A stretch of 64,000 nucleotides of DNA from the human T2T-CHM13v2.0 reference genome, Homo sapiens. This document shows, piece after piece, positions 26,879 to 41,480 of this stretch. The notes under the pieces were generated by a model. That model worked only from the letters and a program-made list of their open reading frames with translations, did not search any database and was not told the DNA's origin. The DNA is taken from the NCBI RefSeq assembly GCF_009914755.1, contig NC_060936.1; one strand, 5' to 3'. The stretch's first letter is position 1. Each line of letters starts with the position of its first letter. The position numbers were made by a program, and so were the translations under genes.

Positions 26879-29249
26879 GAGATGTGGAACTCTTTGCAGT
26901 ATTCAATCCTGGACTACACCCTGGACCATGAGGGAGACAATTGGCAAAATCTAAATGGAGCATGTGGATTTGATAGTATTATATCAATGTTATTTTCCTG
27001 ATTTTGATGGTTGTATTTGCCTGTGTAGAAGACCATCTCTATTTTTAGGAAATATATACTAAAGTATTGATGAATAATATTGCCTCATATTTGAAACTTA
27101 CTCTGAAATGGTTCAGAGAAAAAAAATCACGCATACATAGGAAGAGAAAAGGGTGAGAGAGAGAAAGGGGGGTAAGAGAAAGAATAAAAATTATAAGGTA
27201 AATGTGATAAGATGTTAACGGCTATGGAATTTGGGTAAAGGATAGAGACAGAAATGCTTTGTATTTTTCTCTCAACTTTTCTGAAAGTTTGTTATTTTAA
27301 AATAAAAGGTTAAAAGAATATATCGAGAACTCTTACAAATAATAAGAAAAACATGAATGATACAACATAAAAATGGAGGTGAAACATGAACAAACATTCT
27401 GCACAAGAGGATATACGTGTGGCAAATAAAGCCACAATGACATTTTTGACATCATTGGCAATCCCAGTTAAGACCATAGTGAGGTACCATGTACCGTTTT
27501 GCATTTAACTGCCAAATGTTTTAAAATCTGAAAATACCAAGTGTTTGAAAGGCTTTGGTTTCAAATGATTTGTTATACATTTCTGAAAGGAGTGTAATTT
27601 GTTGCTGTCATTCTAAATGACATTTTGTCACTCTCTCAGAGTTGAACATTTGCATACTGGGTGTGACCTAGCAATTCCACCCCTAAGTACATACCTAGGA
27701 AAATCTCTCATATACACCTATACCTGGAGATATGCACAGCATACTCACAGCAGTGACACTTATAATAGGGAAAACCTAAATGCCCATTGGTGGAAGAGTG
27801 GCAAAAGAACTGTGGTACATTCACACCACAGAACATTGTAGAGCAGCTAAAACAAAGGAACTCTAAGATGGAAGAATTTTAACAATATAATAGAAAATGA
27901 AAAAGGAAGCCATTCCCCAATTACATACAGTATGACACCAGTTTTGAAAAGTGAAAACTAAAATACAAAAAAATTATGCATATATAGAGATTCATAAAAC
28001 TGTACACAAAGAATGAAAGCTGAGAGTGGTCACATGGAATGTGTGGTTTTATTGCCACAGAGAACATTATGCCCTAAAGGTGAATTGATATTTCTAACTT
28101 TAGAAACTGAACATTTTTGATAATGTAATTAACAAGCTTTTTCCCCAGCTTTTATTCATCAAGTTTCTAATGTCTTAGAGTTCATTCTTATCCAGGATAC
28201 CTCTTACACAGATTTGGCCTGTAGTTTTTTATAGTGAGCAAAATATGAAATTTTATACTTATACACTAAAATATATACTCCATGAAGACAGATATTTTGT
28301 GTTTCATGTTTACTATTGTATCTCCAAAATCTAGCACAGTACCTCGTATATAGAAGACAATCAATACATCATATCTACTAATCGATAATAATAATGAATG
28401 CAAATCTGTATTTGTCAATGTTAAAGGGCAACATTGCAGTAACATAACATTTCCAGTGGGTGGAGCCCACGTTGCATTTTGTAAAGTGAAAATTTTTGAT
28501 GCATGCTTTCTTGTCCTTGGGAGAATTTTAGTTGGTTCTGTGGTACCTCTGTAATAAGTTTGGATTTTCTTTGAAGTGCACTAATTGTCACAGAACTGCA
28601 ACCTTTTTCGTGTGGCATATTCGTGTTTAATGAACAACTTTCTAATATTTAAACCATTTGGTTCTTGAGTTAATATCAAGTAAACTGTTTTTCCTCTCCA
28701 CACAATTCAATTAGGTTGCTAAGTTTATTGTACTTATTTCTAGGTAAAAAACTAAACATGTTAAAGAATGAGAAAAATCTGTTTAAAATAGAATGAGTCG
28801 TAAAAAGATGGTAAACAATGTAACATGAATGCCAACTATGATGATAATGTCTAAGGAAAAAAGAATCAAAGCAATTTTCCGTATTATTTCTATACCCAAA
28901 GGCCTGACATTGCTGTAAGCTCAGGGCATTTGTCTTACCTTATTTAATTTAGCTTCCTTTCTTGAGTCACTTGCAGAAAATCATCAGTTACATAGGGGAT
29001 CATCCCCACATGGCTCTGTGCATCTGCTACCCTGGCCCATCTCTCATTCCTCCCTATTTTGGAAAATTTCCACCATGCTATCCGGAATTCAAAATCCACC
29101 ATCTGCAAAATTCCCAGATCCTTTATTTCTTCTCTGAACACTGTTTGCTTTTTTGCTCAATGGAAACCTGGCTCTAGTGTGAGGAGCGTGCTGTCTTGCA
29201 TGTAGCTTTTCTTCCCATACCCCTCTGACTACCAGGCCTTGGGGGCCAG

Positions 29250-31189
29250 TAGATGCCGGCCAGCCCCTCATCGCTGTCTCCAACAATTCTCCTCTCCACC
29301 TCTCTAACCCCCAGCTTTGAAGTCTTTGTCATCCAACGATTGCACAACCCCCCTTCCTACTGCAGTCATCTACTTCTAGTCTCTCCTCTTCATTTCTATA
29401 ATGTTTTTAGATCCTGGCTCACTGTCAATTTCCCCCTAAAACTCCTGTGACAAGTTTTGGTTATTTCAGTATCCAGACAGATGATCATTTTGAAACATGG
29501 GCTCCAGGTTTCTTAACCTCCTCTCCTTTAGGGATCTTCCCCCCACCTTACCTCAGTCACTCATTCCCATGGTCACAACCCTTGCCTTTGTGTTTACCAA
29601 CAACTACATCCCTACCTTAATCTCGGTTTCTAGCATATACATCCTTACCATTGCATTCTATCAAAATACTCTCAGATGCCCTGTCTTCACTTTCCCAACT
29701 CCACTGGACCTTCAGTCCATTGCTTTGGTCACCTTTTCTCCTTCTCTTGCTCTTCCTCATCACCTCACTTTACAGCCTTATATGGAAGGGATTCCATGCT
29801 TTCACATTGTTATAACTTTCTTGCATATTTATGTATGGCCTTGCTTTGTCCTTTATTACAGTGCCTGGGAAACCCCAACCCAGTTACATCTAACTCTCTG
29901 CCTATTCCATGCCTGCCTCCTTGCACCTGGATATGACTGGATAAAAACCTACAGCCATGACTACCAGGCCCATGTTAAATTTATGTTATCACTAACTCAA
30001 GTGGAATCTTTGGGCTACCTGGTAGTTCTGCTTCATCATACTGTCCGTTCATTCTCCCATTCTCTAGAAAAGTGTTTTTCAAATTGTGCATTTAAAAACT
30101 TAAATAGATTAAAGCTGAATAGAATTTAATAGGGTACACAGCATAAAATAAGGATAAACACTATTTCATGAAATGCTTGTTTCTTTTATATTTGTATGTA
30201 CATTTATAAACACACATCTGTGCCAGTTTGGGATATAAAACGTGCTGTGAATTTAAAAAAAAGTTCTAGGCAATTTTTTCACATTTTCTTCCTTCTCCTT
30301 GAACTTCCATCCCTTTTTCATCTCTTCATTCTCATCTGATGATTCTGCTTCCTATTTTACTAAGAAAACAGGACTCAGAAGAGAGCTTCTGCACCTATCA
30401 GCCTATGCATGCCCATATTCTTCCCTCCTTGCTGTTACTCTCTGCATCTCTAAGCCCAGCCCTTCCACATGTCTCCTAGATCCACCCCATCATTTCTCAA
30501 CTTCTAACTGAATCATCTAGTTACTAGTAATTATGAACCTCATGCAAGTTCTTTCTAATGCATCATTGATTTCACCCTCTCTTACTGTACCATTCTTCTT
30601 AATATCAGGCATTCTGCAGTAGCTCCCATGTTAAATACCAAACCCAAACAAAGCCTTTGGTGATTCCCCTCTAGCTACTGTGCCATTTCTATTTCTCTTT
30701 ACAGGAATAGTCCTCTAAAGAGTTGTCTACACTTTCTGTTTCTGAGGATTCTCCTCTCATTTTCCTTTGCCCTTACTTCAATGGGCTTTTATCCCCACTA
30801 TTCTACCAAAACATTTTAATCAAAGTTATCAGTGACATCCATTGTTCTTTAATTTCCTAAATTCAATGGGCTTTCCTCAAAGAGATCACTCTCTCCTCCT
30901 TGCAATACTTCCCCCACTTGACTTTCAGGCCACCAGGCTCTGCTTACCTTTTTTTTTTTTTTTTTTTTTTTGTTTGTTTGTTTCCTACTTTCCTACTTTC
31001 CTACTTCATAGGTCACTTCTTGTAAATGTTGGAGTGCTCATGTCAGACTTGGAGTGTCCAAGGTCTCACTCTTGAAGCTCTTGTCTTATTTATACTTATC
31101 CCTTGGTGCTTTCATTTAGTCTTATTGTGTTAAGTTCCATTTACATGACAATGATTCCCAAATTTATATAGCCCAGGCCTTTCTCCTGA
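29250..31189 (+). mobile_element. Long L2 fragment (ORF2 region), interrupted by a MER112-like element at ~30068-30265
   Basis: Pyrimidine-rich L2 body with a decayed endonuclease-type segment at ~29455-29540 and GACAATGATTCCCAAATTTATA near 31150. Confidence 0.75.
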
Positions 31190-31509
31190 AACCTTTTTGG
31201 CATCACGGACCAGTTTCTATGGAAGGCAGTTTTTCCACAGACTGGGGGTGGAGGGATGGTTTCAGGATGAAACTGTTCCACCTCAGATCATCAGGCATTA
31301 GATTCTCATAAGGAGCATGCAACCTAGATGCCCCGCATGCACAGTTCAAAACAGGGTTCACACTCCTATGAGAATCTAATGCTGCCACGGATCTGACAGT
31401 TGGTGGAGCTCAGGCAGTGATGCTCGCTCACCTAACCACCTCTCACCTCCTACCGTGCGGCCTGGTTCCTAACAGGACATAGACCAGTACTGGGTGTTGG
31501 GGACCCCTG
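31190..31509 (-). mobile_element. MER1B (hAT-Charlie), one TIR missing
   Basis: GCATTAGATTCTCATAAGGAGC...CCTATGAGAATCTAATGC internal inverted repeat and terminal GTTGGGGACCCCTG. Confidence 0.93.
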
Positions 31510-31874
31510 TTGTAAGGGATAAAAAGAGTCAAGGTTTATGTTCTTAGGGGGCTTAAATATCTTTTAAGCAGTAGTATGACAGTAAAATAGACCAGAAGGC
31601 CAGACAAAATATATTTTACCTTCCTGAAAATGTTCATTTTTAAGAAGCATTGAAACAGTAAATAAAACCCTAATGCATAATAATTAGCAGATTCGTAAAT
31701 ACTCACATTCGCCAGATCAAAAAATTAATTTATCAATGTGAGAGAGCCCTGGCAAGGAAATCCATTTTTCCCTCCTACCCGACCTTTCCAGAAGTGTCTT
31801 TTTGCTTGCTGAAGGTCGGTCTGTCACCCTAGTCCCTTGATCACTTTCTGCAGTTTCCTCCGTGGTGTTGCTTC

Positions 31875-34105
31875 ATCATTTATTCACTCATGTATCCATT
31901 TAGCAGACATTTATTGGATACCTACGTGTCGGGTAAGTCATTAAGACTGAGGAGAAGACAAGAAAAAGATACATTCCAAGGCAGCAAGGAGGTCATGGGT
32001 GAGATTTCCTTTATCTTGCATCTTTTTGTTGTGAGTGGCTTCTCTGCAGGTTCCAACCTGCTCACAGATCCTCCGTCTTGATTTTTCCTCTGGCCGTGGA
32101 ACTACCAGTTCTCCTCCTTGCCCACCTCCAGCATTGTCCTACTTTTCTTCCCTTCTCATTCAGGCCCCTTTGAGGGTCCTCTTACTCTCACTGTGTCCCC
32201 CTTCTCACCTGCTTTCACTTATCAACTCTCGATTTGGCTTCAGTCCTATCATTCCACTAAATCCTCTGCCAACGTCAGCATCAAAAGCATTCATCTTGCC
32301 AAACCCGTTGCTTATTTTCCTGCCTTTATCTTTTTGGACTGTTCTGCTGCATTTTCTTTCTTCTTCACACTCTGTGCCTTTGGCATTTATGAACCTCTCC
32401 TCTCAGTCCCCTTCCCGGCTGTTGTTGGGTAACTTCCTCCTGCTTCTTTGGTCGTCTTCCTGAGCTGTTACTCCCTTGCGTCTCCTCTGTCTCTCTGAGC
32501 TTCTTCCTCAGTACATGCTCTCCTTAACAAATACCATTTGCTCTTATAGTCTTAGATTCCCATCCTGATTAATGGAGCCTGCTATTAATCAGGTTGTACG
32601 TAAAACTTCCTGCTGTGTATATCTGCTTCTATATCAACCTGTCTACTGGTTATATTGACTTGACGTATCCCAGGTATCTAAACTCCAAGTGTTGAAACTA
32701 GAACTCATTGTCTTCCCCATCCTATTAGAAACCTGCTCCTTCTCTATGATTTCATTACCTTCCTCTTTCTCCTTCTTCCGCACATTTCGTCAATCACCAA
32801 GCCACAATGATCCTCTGTATATTTATTTCTTGAATTGAGCCCTCCACCTTCATTGCTAGTACCATTGCTGTGGTTCAGGCCACTGTCATCCCTTGCTTAC
32901 ATCACTTAGAGCTTTTCAGTCTATGCTATACTATGTCACGCCTCCACGCCTTTAGCTGTATTCTTTGCCTGAAGTGCCCTTTCTTAAACTGGTAGGTTTC
33001 TTCATCCTTCAAGACTTTCTAGGAAGTCTTTCCTGAACTGTACAAGCTTTTCTTTTACTACATCGATTTAAAAAATAAAAAAAATATATTTATGTATCTT
33101 AAAAAACTCCCAGAAGATAGTAAATTCTGTGAGAATAGGGACCATGCTTTATTGGTTTTTGTTCTCCTGGTCCTTAACTCAGTGCCTGGCTATAGTAGGC
33201 TTTGAACCTAAATGCAATTAAGATTTTCCCATTTGGTTGCAATCTACAAGCTTTAGTACAGCACAAGATGCTTAGCCTTTTTCACTTATAAACAAACTGA
33301 GAGCTTCCTGCACATGGGCACTGTTCAAGAATGAGCCTACTGTATGCTGGGAACTGTGAGTGAATTACTATGGCCATAGTGTGGTGTGGGAGGAAAAAAC
33401 TGGAGAAGTAATCCAGGCCAGATCATGAAGGGCTGTGAACACAACAGCATCGTCAGAAGGAATATTTGGTAGCAGAGTGAAAAAGGATGATGGGGGCAAG
33501 ATTGGAAGCACAGAAGTCTTTTTGTAAAAATAAATTTGTTATGGAGATCACATTTCACTCTGATGTGTCCATTTGGGTTGTACTAACTTTTCAATAGTTT
33601 TTAATTGTTGCTTTAAAGTATTTACTGAATTGTATTGATTCATGTATTCATTCCGCAATCCTTAGTGACCATTACTGCCACGTATTATATATACAATATT
33701 TTGGGGGTCTCAGAATAATACATACTGTCCTTGGCCTCAAGAACTCATTGCCTAGTAGTAGCACTGGACACAGCAATAGAAAAATGTGATTCAGTATCAG
33801 TTCTACGGGAAGGGTGAGCACAGATTATGGAACATTAAATGGGAATGGCCTCTTAGATGGGAGCCTGGTGAGCCAGAGGAGGCCATCCAGAGCAGTGGTT
33901 CTGCGCTAAAATTTTGAAAGATAAGCAAGAATGAACCTCTTGAATAAGCTGGAGATCTGCCAGACTACTCCGGGCATGGGGAGCAGCTTGTGCAAAGACC
34001 CAGATGAGACAACTGAGTTGCTAGTGGCTGCAATTTATTGTGCTCGTGGAAGTAGGACCAGGGATGAGGTAAAGAGGTAAACAGGCATCTTATGTTAAAG
34101 CTTAA
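31875..34105. mobile_element. Cluster of L2 fragments in both orientations
   Basis: L2 3' ends at ~31880 (-), ~33190 (+) and ~33640 (-), with L2 body motifs. Confidence 0.65.
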
Positions 34106-34403
34106 TTTTTTTTTTTTTGAGACAGGGTCTTACTCTGTTGCTTAGGTTGGAGTGCAGTGGTGCAAACATGCACAGCTCACTCCAGCTTTGACCTCATGAA
34201 TTCAAGTGATTTTTCTGCCTCAGCCTCCCTAGTAGCTGGGACTACAGGTATACACCACCACACTCGGCTAATTTTTGTATTTTTTGTAGAGATGGGGTTT
34301 TGCCATGTTGCCCAGGCTGGTCTCAAACTCCTGGGCTCAATTGATCCACCCACCTTGACCCCACAAAGTGCTGGAATTACAGGCATGAGTCACCGTGCCT
34401 AGG
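34106..34403 (-). mobile_element. AluJ element
   Basis: Antisense dimer with CTCCTGGGCTCAA; TSD AAAGCTTAA. Confidence 0.95.
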
Positions 34404-35446
34404 CAAAGCTTAAATTTTATCTTGCAGAGGATGTCATAGAAGAAAAATTCTGACCCACTTTCATTAATGGATTAGACAGAACAAGGTAATAGCTGTGCTA
34501 CATAATTAAGAGACTGAAATGTAAACAATAAAACAAGACAATGACAAAATCACCACAGCTTTTTGGTAGAAATATTCTTAGAGAAGAAAAGTTAGTGGAT
34601 ATTTTTCTGGTCACCAATCCATATTTCTTAGTTTGGATCTGTTTCTGGCTCATACTCAAAAATGGAATCCAACAAATCCTGCCATTCCCTAGAGGACCAA
34701 TAGTTCCTGTAATAACTATTCTCATGACATTTCCTGGATATGATACACTCTCTAGTCCCATATTTACAGATTTATAAGCCAAAGTCTTTCTTTAGTGATT
34801 TTCTTGCATCCTCATGACATCATGCAATATGCCTCACAGCAAGGTAACAACTAGCCTGGTGGAAAAAGCAAAGGAGTCTCTAACGGGAACATTTCCTAAC
34901 TGACACAGTGTCTCCATCCATTACAACAGATTTGGTCAAAGCTTATTTTTTGTTCCAGAACAACTTGAGTTTCTCAGAATCCTGTATAATGTACCTCTAA
35001 ACAAAATAATTACTCACCTAGCGAAAGTGGCCAGGATGTCTCTACTGGTTACATTCTTCCATGGGGCTGAGAGACGTAGCCCTATCAGAGAAGGAAGAGG
35101 AAAGAATATATTTTAGAATTTAACATCCTCAGTGTGATTTTATTTTCTGTACTAAGATTGTTATGAATTAGATCACGCTCTTTTCAGATGGAAAGAACAT
35201 CTCTTCCTGAGTCATTGGTGGGTGTTTCCTGTAATTGACCTTTGGGACCGTGGAAGAAGCCAAACACCTTCCTTTGCCATAGGATAGAACATTGTATGTT
35301 TAGATTCTCTGAGTGGATTTTGTATATATTTCTGTCTGGATGACTTTTTAAAAACATACATTAATCTATCTTTATTGAGTACTATTACCTTGCAGTCACA
35401 AGCAGCCCAAAATGTAGAATATATGCTATTTAAAAGAACTTTTTAA

Positions 35447-36064
35447 AAAATTATACTTTAAGTTTTGGGATACATGTGCAGAACGTGCAGCTTTGTTACA
35501 TAGGTACACACGTGCCATGGTGTTTTGCTGCACCCATCAACTCGTCATCTACATTAGGTATTTCTCCTAAGGCTATCCCTCCCCTAGACCCTCACCCCGT
35601 GACAGGCCCCTGTGTGATGCACCCCTCCCTGTGTCCATGTGTTCTCATTGTTCAGCTCCTAGTCATGAGTGAGAACATGCAGTGTTTGGTTTTCTGTTCC
35701 TGTGTTAGTTTGCTGAGAATGATGATTTCCAGCTTCATCCATGTCCCTGCAAAGGACATGAACTCATCCTTTTTTATGGTTGCATAGTATTGCATGGTGT
35801 ATACGTGCCACATTTTCTTTATCCAGTCTATCATTGATGGGCATTTGGGTTGGTTCCAAGTCTTTGCTATTGTGAACAGTGCTGCAATAAACATATGTGT
35901 GCATGTGTCTTTATAGTAAAATGATTCATAATCCTTTGGGTATATACCCCATAATGGGATTGCTGGGTCAAATGGTGTTTCTGGTTCTAGATCCTTGAGG
36001 AATCGCCACACTGTCTTCCGCAATGGTGTAACTAATTTACACTCGCACCAACAGTGTAAAAGCA
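35447..36064 (-). mobile_element. 5'-truncated L1PA (PA7/8-like) 3' end
   Basis: ORF 35652-36023 ([16 protein letters not shown]...WNQPKCPSMIDWIKKMW) is the L1 ORF2 C-terminus; primate L1 3' UTR follows. Confidence 0.95.
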
Positions 36065-36199
36065 GGAAGATAATTCTTTTTTATTCAATTTTTAAAAATA
36101 TTATTATGCCTACACATAAGCTGTCACATTTTCCTTAGTATGTTCATTATACTTTGGCCCATGGAAACCAATCAGTAAATGAATAATAGATAATTGAAA

Positions 36200-38150
36200 G
36201 CATTTTTAAAAGTCATCTTTATCTCTCAGAACAGCTTTAGATTTACAGAAAAAAATTGTGATGATAGTATAGAGTCCCCACATTTTCCCCTCATTCAGTT
36301 TTCTCTATTATTAACATCTTAGTATGGTACATTTGTTACAATTAATCAATGCTGTCACATTATTATTAATTAAAGTCCATAGTTTATTCAGATTTCCTTA
36401 GTTTTTACCGAACAACCATGTTAGTTATTTATTTTTACATTGACATGTAACAGATGTACCTAGTTCTCAGGGCATATGTGACAATTTACGATGTTCATAA
36501 AATGTGTAAACATTAAATCAATGTACTTTAAATAAATATCATCTTAAATATTTTTCTTTTCTTTAGAACCATTTGAATTATTCTAACTACTTTGAAACAA
36601 TACCTAGATTATTGTAAGCCATAGGCACCTTACGGATCTGATACTAGGTCTTATTTCTTCTATCAAACCATATATTTGTACCGATTCATCAACTTTTCTT
36701 CATACCACTCTTTCCACTACCCTTCTCAGGGTAATGTCCATTTTCTATTCTAGGATCCCTTCCTAGATACCTCATTACATTTAGTTTTCATGTCTCCTTA
36801 GGCTCCTGGTGGTGACAGTTTCTCAGTCCTGTCTTATTTTGGATGACTTTAATGTTTTGAGGTGTCTCAGTCAAGCATTTTGTAGGATGCTCCTCTATTG
36901 GAATTTGTCTGATGTTTCTCTCATGGTTAGAATGGGGTTAAGGGTTTTGAAAAAAAAACCACAGAGGTAAAGTACATTCTCATCATATCATATTCGAGGG
37001 TACATACTATCAAGATGCTTTATCACTGTTGCTGTTCTCCTTAATCCCCTGGCTCAGGTAGTGTTTGCTAGCTTTCTCCACTGTAAAGTTACGTTTTCTC
37101 CCCTTTCCACTAGCACCCTTTGGAAGTGAGTCACTCCGCACAGCCCACGCTGAAGAGGTGGGGATTTACGCTCCTTATCCTTAGGGAAGATTTGTTTCTT
37201 CTCCCCCATCTAGTTATTTATTAAGTAGTTTATTTATTTTTGTATTGACTTATGGAAATTTAATTTCTAGTTGGGCTTAATTTGTTGCTAAAGTTGTTTC
37301 AACATTGGCCATAGTGAACTCTCTCAGTTGGCTCCTGTGTCCATTTGATTCCTAAACTTGTATGTTCCTGTCTATGCAGGGTTGTTTTTTTTCTTTCTGT
37401 TGAGTACTTCCTAAGTTTCTAGCCCCATAAGAGGCTCCAAGCTCATTTTATGTAATTCCCACCTGAGTTCTAGAATGAGACATTTCTTCAAGGCACCCTG
37501 ATTTCTTTACCTGGAGAACAGTACTAGAAAACAAGACCTTCATGTTCATTGTGCTTGTTGTTACCTTGGTATTATTGCTTTTAGACCTTCTCAACTGAAA
37601 GAACAAGGAGATACATGTTTGTATACTAACCCATGTACATATAGGTATCCATACACATTTCCATATGTAAACATTTATATTAAGTTAAACATGAGCTCAT
37701 ACAGATGTGTCTAACTGTTCAATTACCTCATAGATCACTGTAGCCTTCTGGCCATGCTTATCTGTAAATTCCCACTCCAACAGTGAGAAATCGTCACCTA
37801 CCCTCCATTACCTAATTGTTCGGTTTTAGTATGCATGTATAGGGGTGTCTGAATTGTTAGCCCATACCTTATGGGAAATACTTTTATCAACTATTGTACA
37901 GTGCACATGTGCAGTTCTAAAAAGAATGGCTTCCATCTCATTCAGCACCCTTTCTGGCTACCTTCTTCATGGAGGATGTTTCATACATTTCTGATATAGT
38001 CAGATTCTCTTATTACAGTCTGTATTCCTTCCTGAATCTTCCAACTTGCTAAATGATTATTTTTAATTTGCATGCATTAAAGTTCAGTCTTTCTTCTGTA
38101 AAGTTCTATAGGGTTTGACAAATGAACAATGTCATATACTCACCATGAAA
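36200..38150 (-). mobile_element. Old L1MC/MD 3' region, interrupted by an L1MA-type 3' fragment (~36425-36735)
   Basis: CAGCTTTAGATTTACAGAAAAA...TAAAGTCCATAGTTTATTCAGATTTCC L1MC/MD-type 3' end. Confidence 0.75.
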
Positions 38151-39291
38151 AACCCCATGCTTTACCTATTTAAATGTTCTATTGAACATTCCATCCCCAA
38201 ACTGCAGAATATACACTTTTCTTATCTGCATATGGAAAATTCTCCAAAATCAACCATATGCTTGTTCATGGCAAGTCTCAATAAATTCAAAAAAATCAAA
38301 ATCATATCAAGTATTTGCTTGCACCACAGTGGAATAAAATTAGGAACTCTCAAAACCACACATGCACATGGGAAGTAAACAAATTGCTCTTGAATGACTT
38401 TTGGGTAAACAACAAAGTTAACGCAGAAATGAAAAAGTCTTTTTTAAATGAATGAAAATAGAGACACAATATACAAAAACCTCAGGAATACAGCAAAAGT
38501 GATGCTAAGAAGAAAGTTTATAGAGTTAAATGCCTACATCAGAAAACTAGAAAGATCTCAAATTAACAATCTGACATGGCACCTCAAGGAACTAGAAAAA
38601 CAAGAGCAAACTAAACCCAAAGCTAGTAGAGGAAAAGAAATATCAAATATCAGAGCAGAACTAAATGAAATTGAGGCAAAAATATTGTACAAAGAACGAA
38701 CAAAATGAAAAGTTTATTTCTTGAAATGACAAAATTGATAGAAGTCTACCTAGAATACTCAAGAAAAAAGAAACAAAAGATTCAAATTATTACAATAAAA
38801 ATAATAAAGATGACATTACAATTGATGCCACAGAAATGCAAAGATCATCAGAGATGACTATAACCATCTCCATGCACACAAACTAGAAAACTAGAGGAAA
38901 GGGATAAATTACTGAAAACACAACTGTGAAAGATTGAACCAAGAAGAAATTCCGAACAGACCAATAATAAGAAATGAAATCAAATCAGTAATAAAAAATC
39001 TACGAAGAAAAAAACAGCCCAAGACCAGACAGATTCACAGCCAAATTTTATCAGATGTACCGAGAAGAACTGTTGTCAATCTTACTAAAATTATTCCAAA
39101 AACTTGAGGAGGAGGGATTCCTCCCTAACTCATTCCACAAAATCACTATCATCCTCATACCAGAAACTGGCAAGGACACAACAACAACAAAAAAGGGAAA
39201 TTAGAGGGTGATATCTCAGATGAACTTAGATACAAAAATCTTCAACAAAATATTAGCAAACTGAATTCGACAGCACATCAAAAAGATAATA

Positions 39292-39559
<268 letters not shown>

Positions 39560-40697
39560 TTATCATGATCAAGTCAGTTTTATTCTGGGGATGCAAAGAT
39601 GATTCAACATATGCAATAAATGAAAATCACCATATAAACAATAACAAAAACATAATCATCTCAATAGATGCAGAAAAAGCACTTGATAAAGTTGAACATC
39701 CCTTCATGATAAAAAAAAATGTCAAACATCAAAGGAACACACTTCAAAATAGTAAGAGTCATGTATGACAAATCCATAGCCAACATCATACTGAATTGGG
39801 AAAAGTTGAAAGTATTCCTCCTAAGAACTGGAAGAAGACCAGGATATCCACTCTCACCCCTTCTATTCAACATGCTACTGGAAGTCCTAGCCAGAGCAAT
39901 CAGGCAAGAAAAAGAAATAAAAAGCATCCAAATTGTAAAATAGGAAGCCAAATTATCTCTGCTGATGGATTACCTAAAGATTACTCCAGAAGGCTACTAG
40001 ACTTGATAAATGACTTAAGTTTTAGAATACAAAATTAATGTACAAAAATTGGTTGCATTTCTATACATCAACAACATTCTAGATGAAAACCAAATCAAAA
40101 ACTTAATCTCATTTACAATAGCCACAAATAAAAATAAAGGAATACATATAACTTAGGAATACATTTAACCAAGGAGGCGAAAGACCTCTACAAGGAGAAT
40201 TACATAACACTGATGAAAAAAGTCAGAGATGACACAAAGAAATGGAAAAATATCCCATGCATATAGATTGGAAGAATCAATATCATTAAAATGTCCATAC
40301 TGCCCAAAGCAATCTATAGATTCAATGCAATTCCTATCAAATTACCAATGTAATTTTTCACAGAATTAGAAAAACCCTAAAATTAATAGGCAACCAATAA
40401 AAAACATGAATAACCAAAAACAATTCTAAGCAAACAGAACAAAGCCAGAGGCATCACATTACCTGCCTTTAAAGTATACTACAAAGCTATAGTAACCAAA
40501 ACAGCATGGTACTGATACAAAAATAGACACATAGTTCAATGGAATAGAATAGAGAACCCAGAAACAAAGTCATGTGCCTGCAACCAACTGATCTTCAACA
40601 AAGTTGAGAAAAATAAACAATGGAGAAAGTACCACATATTCAATAAATGGTGCTGGAAAAATTGGATAGACACATGAATAATGAAAGTGGACCCCTG

Positions 40698-41480
40698 TGT
40701 AGGGTAAAACTCTCTCAAACCATGTTTTTTTCTCTGCTCTCATGCCAGAACAATCAACACAGAAGATTTCTGTGACCAAATGTGTGTGGGTTTTCACACA
40801 CACCCAAGCAGTGGACACCAGCTGGTTGTCCTCTAATTCGATTCCAACACTATCTACCTGGAGATAGTGTCAGATCCCAAAGGTTGAGGGCTCAGTCCTC
40901 AAAACTGTCTTCCCAACCTCCAGACACAAGGCACAAGTCTGGGCCTCTGGAACTTCTGACTGACTGGCTTCAAGCTGGGGTTTCTATGACCCCCTCCTTG
41001 GGCTTGGTTAATTTTCTGGAATGGCTCACAGAACTCAGGGAAACACTTAACATTTGTCGATTTGTTATAAAGGATATTGCAAGGGGTACATATGAAGAGA
41101 TGTGGATGTGTATGGCAAGCTATGGAAGGAGAATGGAGCTTCCATGCTCTCCTTGGGCTCCACCCTCCAGGATCCTCCATGTGTTCAGCTACCTGGAAGC
41201 TCTCTGAACCCAGTTCTCTTAGGTTTTTTTGGAAGCTTTATGACACCTGCATGTCTTCCCCTCAGAGTACAGGGCGGGATCCTCTCTGGGGAGGGTCTTG
41301 AGACCCACAATCACAGCGGTAGGGGAAGAGCAAAGTCCTGCCTTGGGGCAAGTGAAAGGAGGGCAGGAGAAGGTCAGAGGCCTGCCCCAAGGTGTTGCAG
41401 TCTAACGCACCCAGCATTATAACAAAAGACTGTAATACGGGCTATGGGAGCTATGAGTCAGGAACCATGGCTAAAACCTA
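40698..41480 (-). mobile_element. MER21-family ERVL LTR inside L1PB
   Basis: CTATCTACCTGGAGATAGTGTCAGATCCCA and TATGAGTCAGGAACCATGG blocks; the L1 resumes after it. Confidence 0.85.

Larger units (their letters stand above)
25180..28020 (+). mobile_element. Old L1M fragments (ORF2 remnant plus L1MC/ME 3' ends), interrupted by two LTRs
   Basis: ORF 25105-25425 contains KNYTILIRDLK and PNLNYRFNAIEIK (L1 ORF2-like); the L1 resumes across the MER34 LTR as TACTATGAAGCTGT|AGTGATTAAG; L1MC-type 3' UTR at 26070-27310. Confidence 0.8.

Noticed and set aside
29497-30129. Longest ORF (210 aa)
   Set aside because: Lies within a pyrimidine-rich decayed L2, where stop codons are compositionally rare; no recognisable domain.
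31295-31385. Strong inverted repeat GCATTAGATTCTCATA...TATGAGAATCTAATGC
   Set aside because: Intrinsic to the MER1B consensus.
35652-36023. 123-aa ORF with clear protein similarity
   Set aside because: It is the C-terminus of L1 ORF2 in a 5'-truncated L1PA with no promoter.
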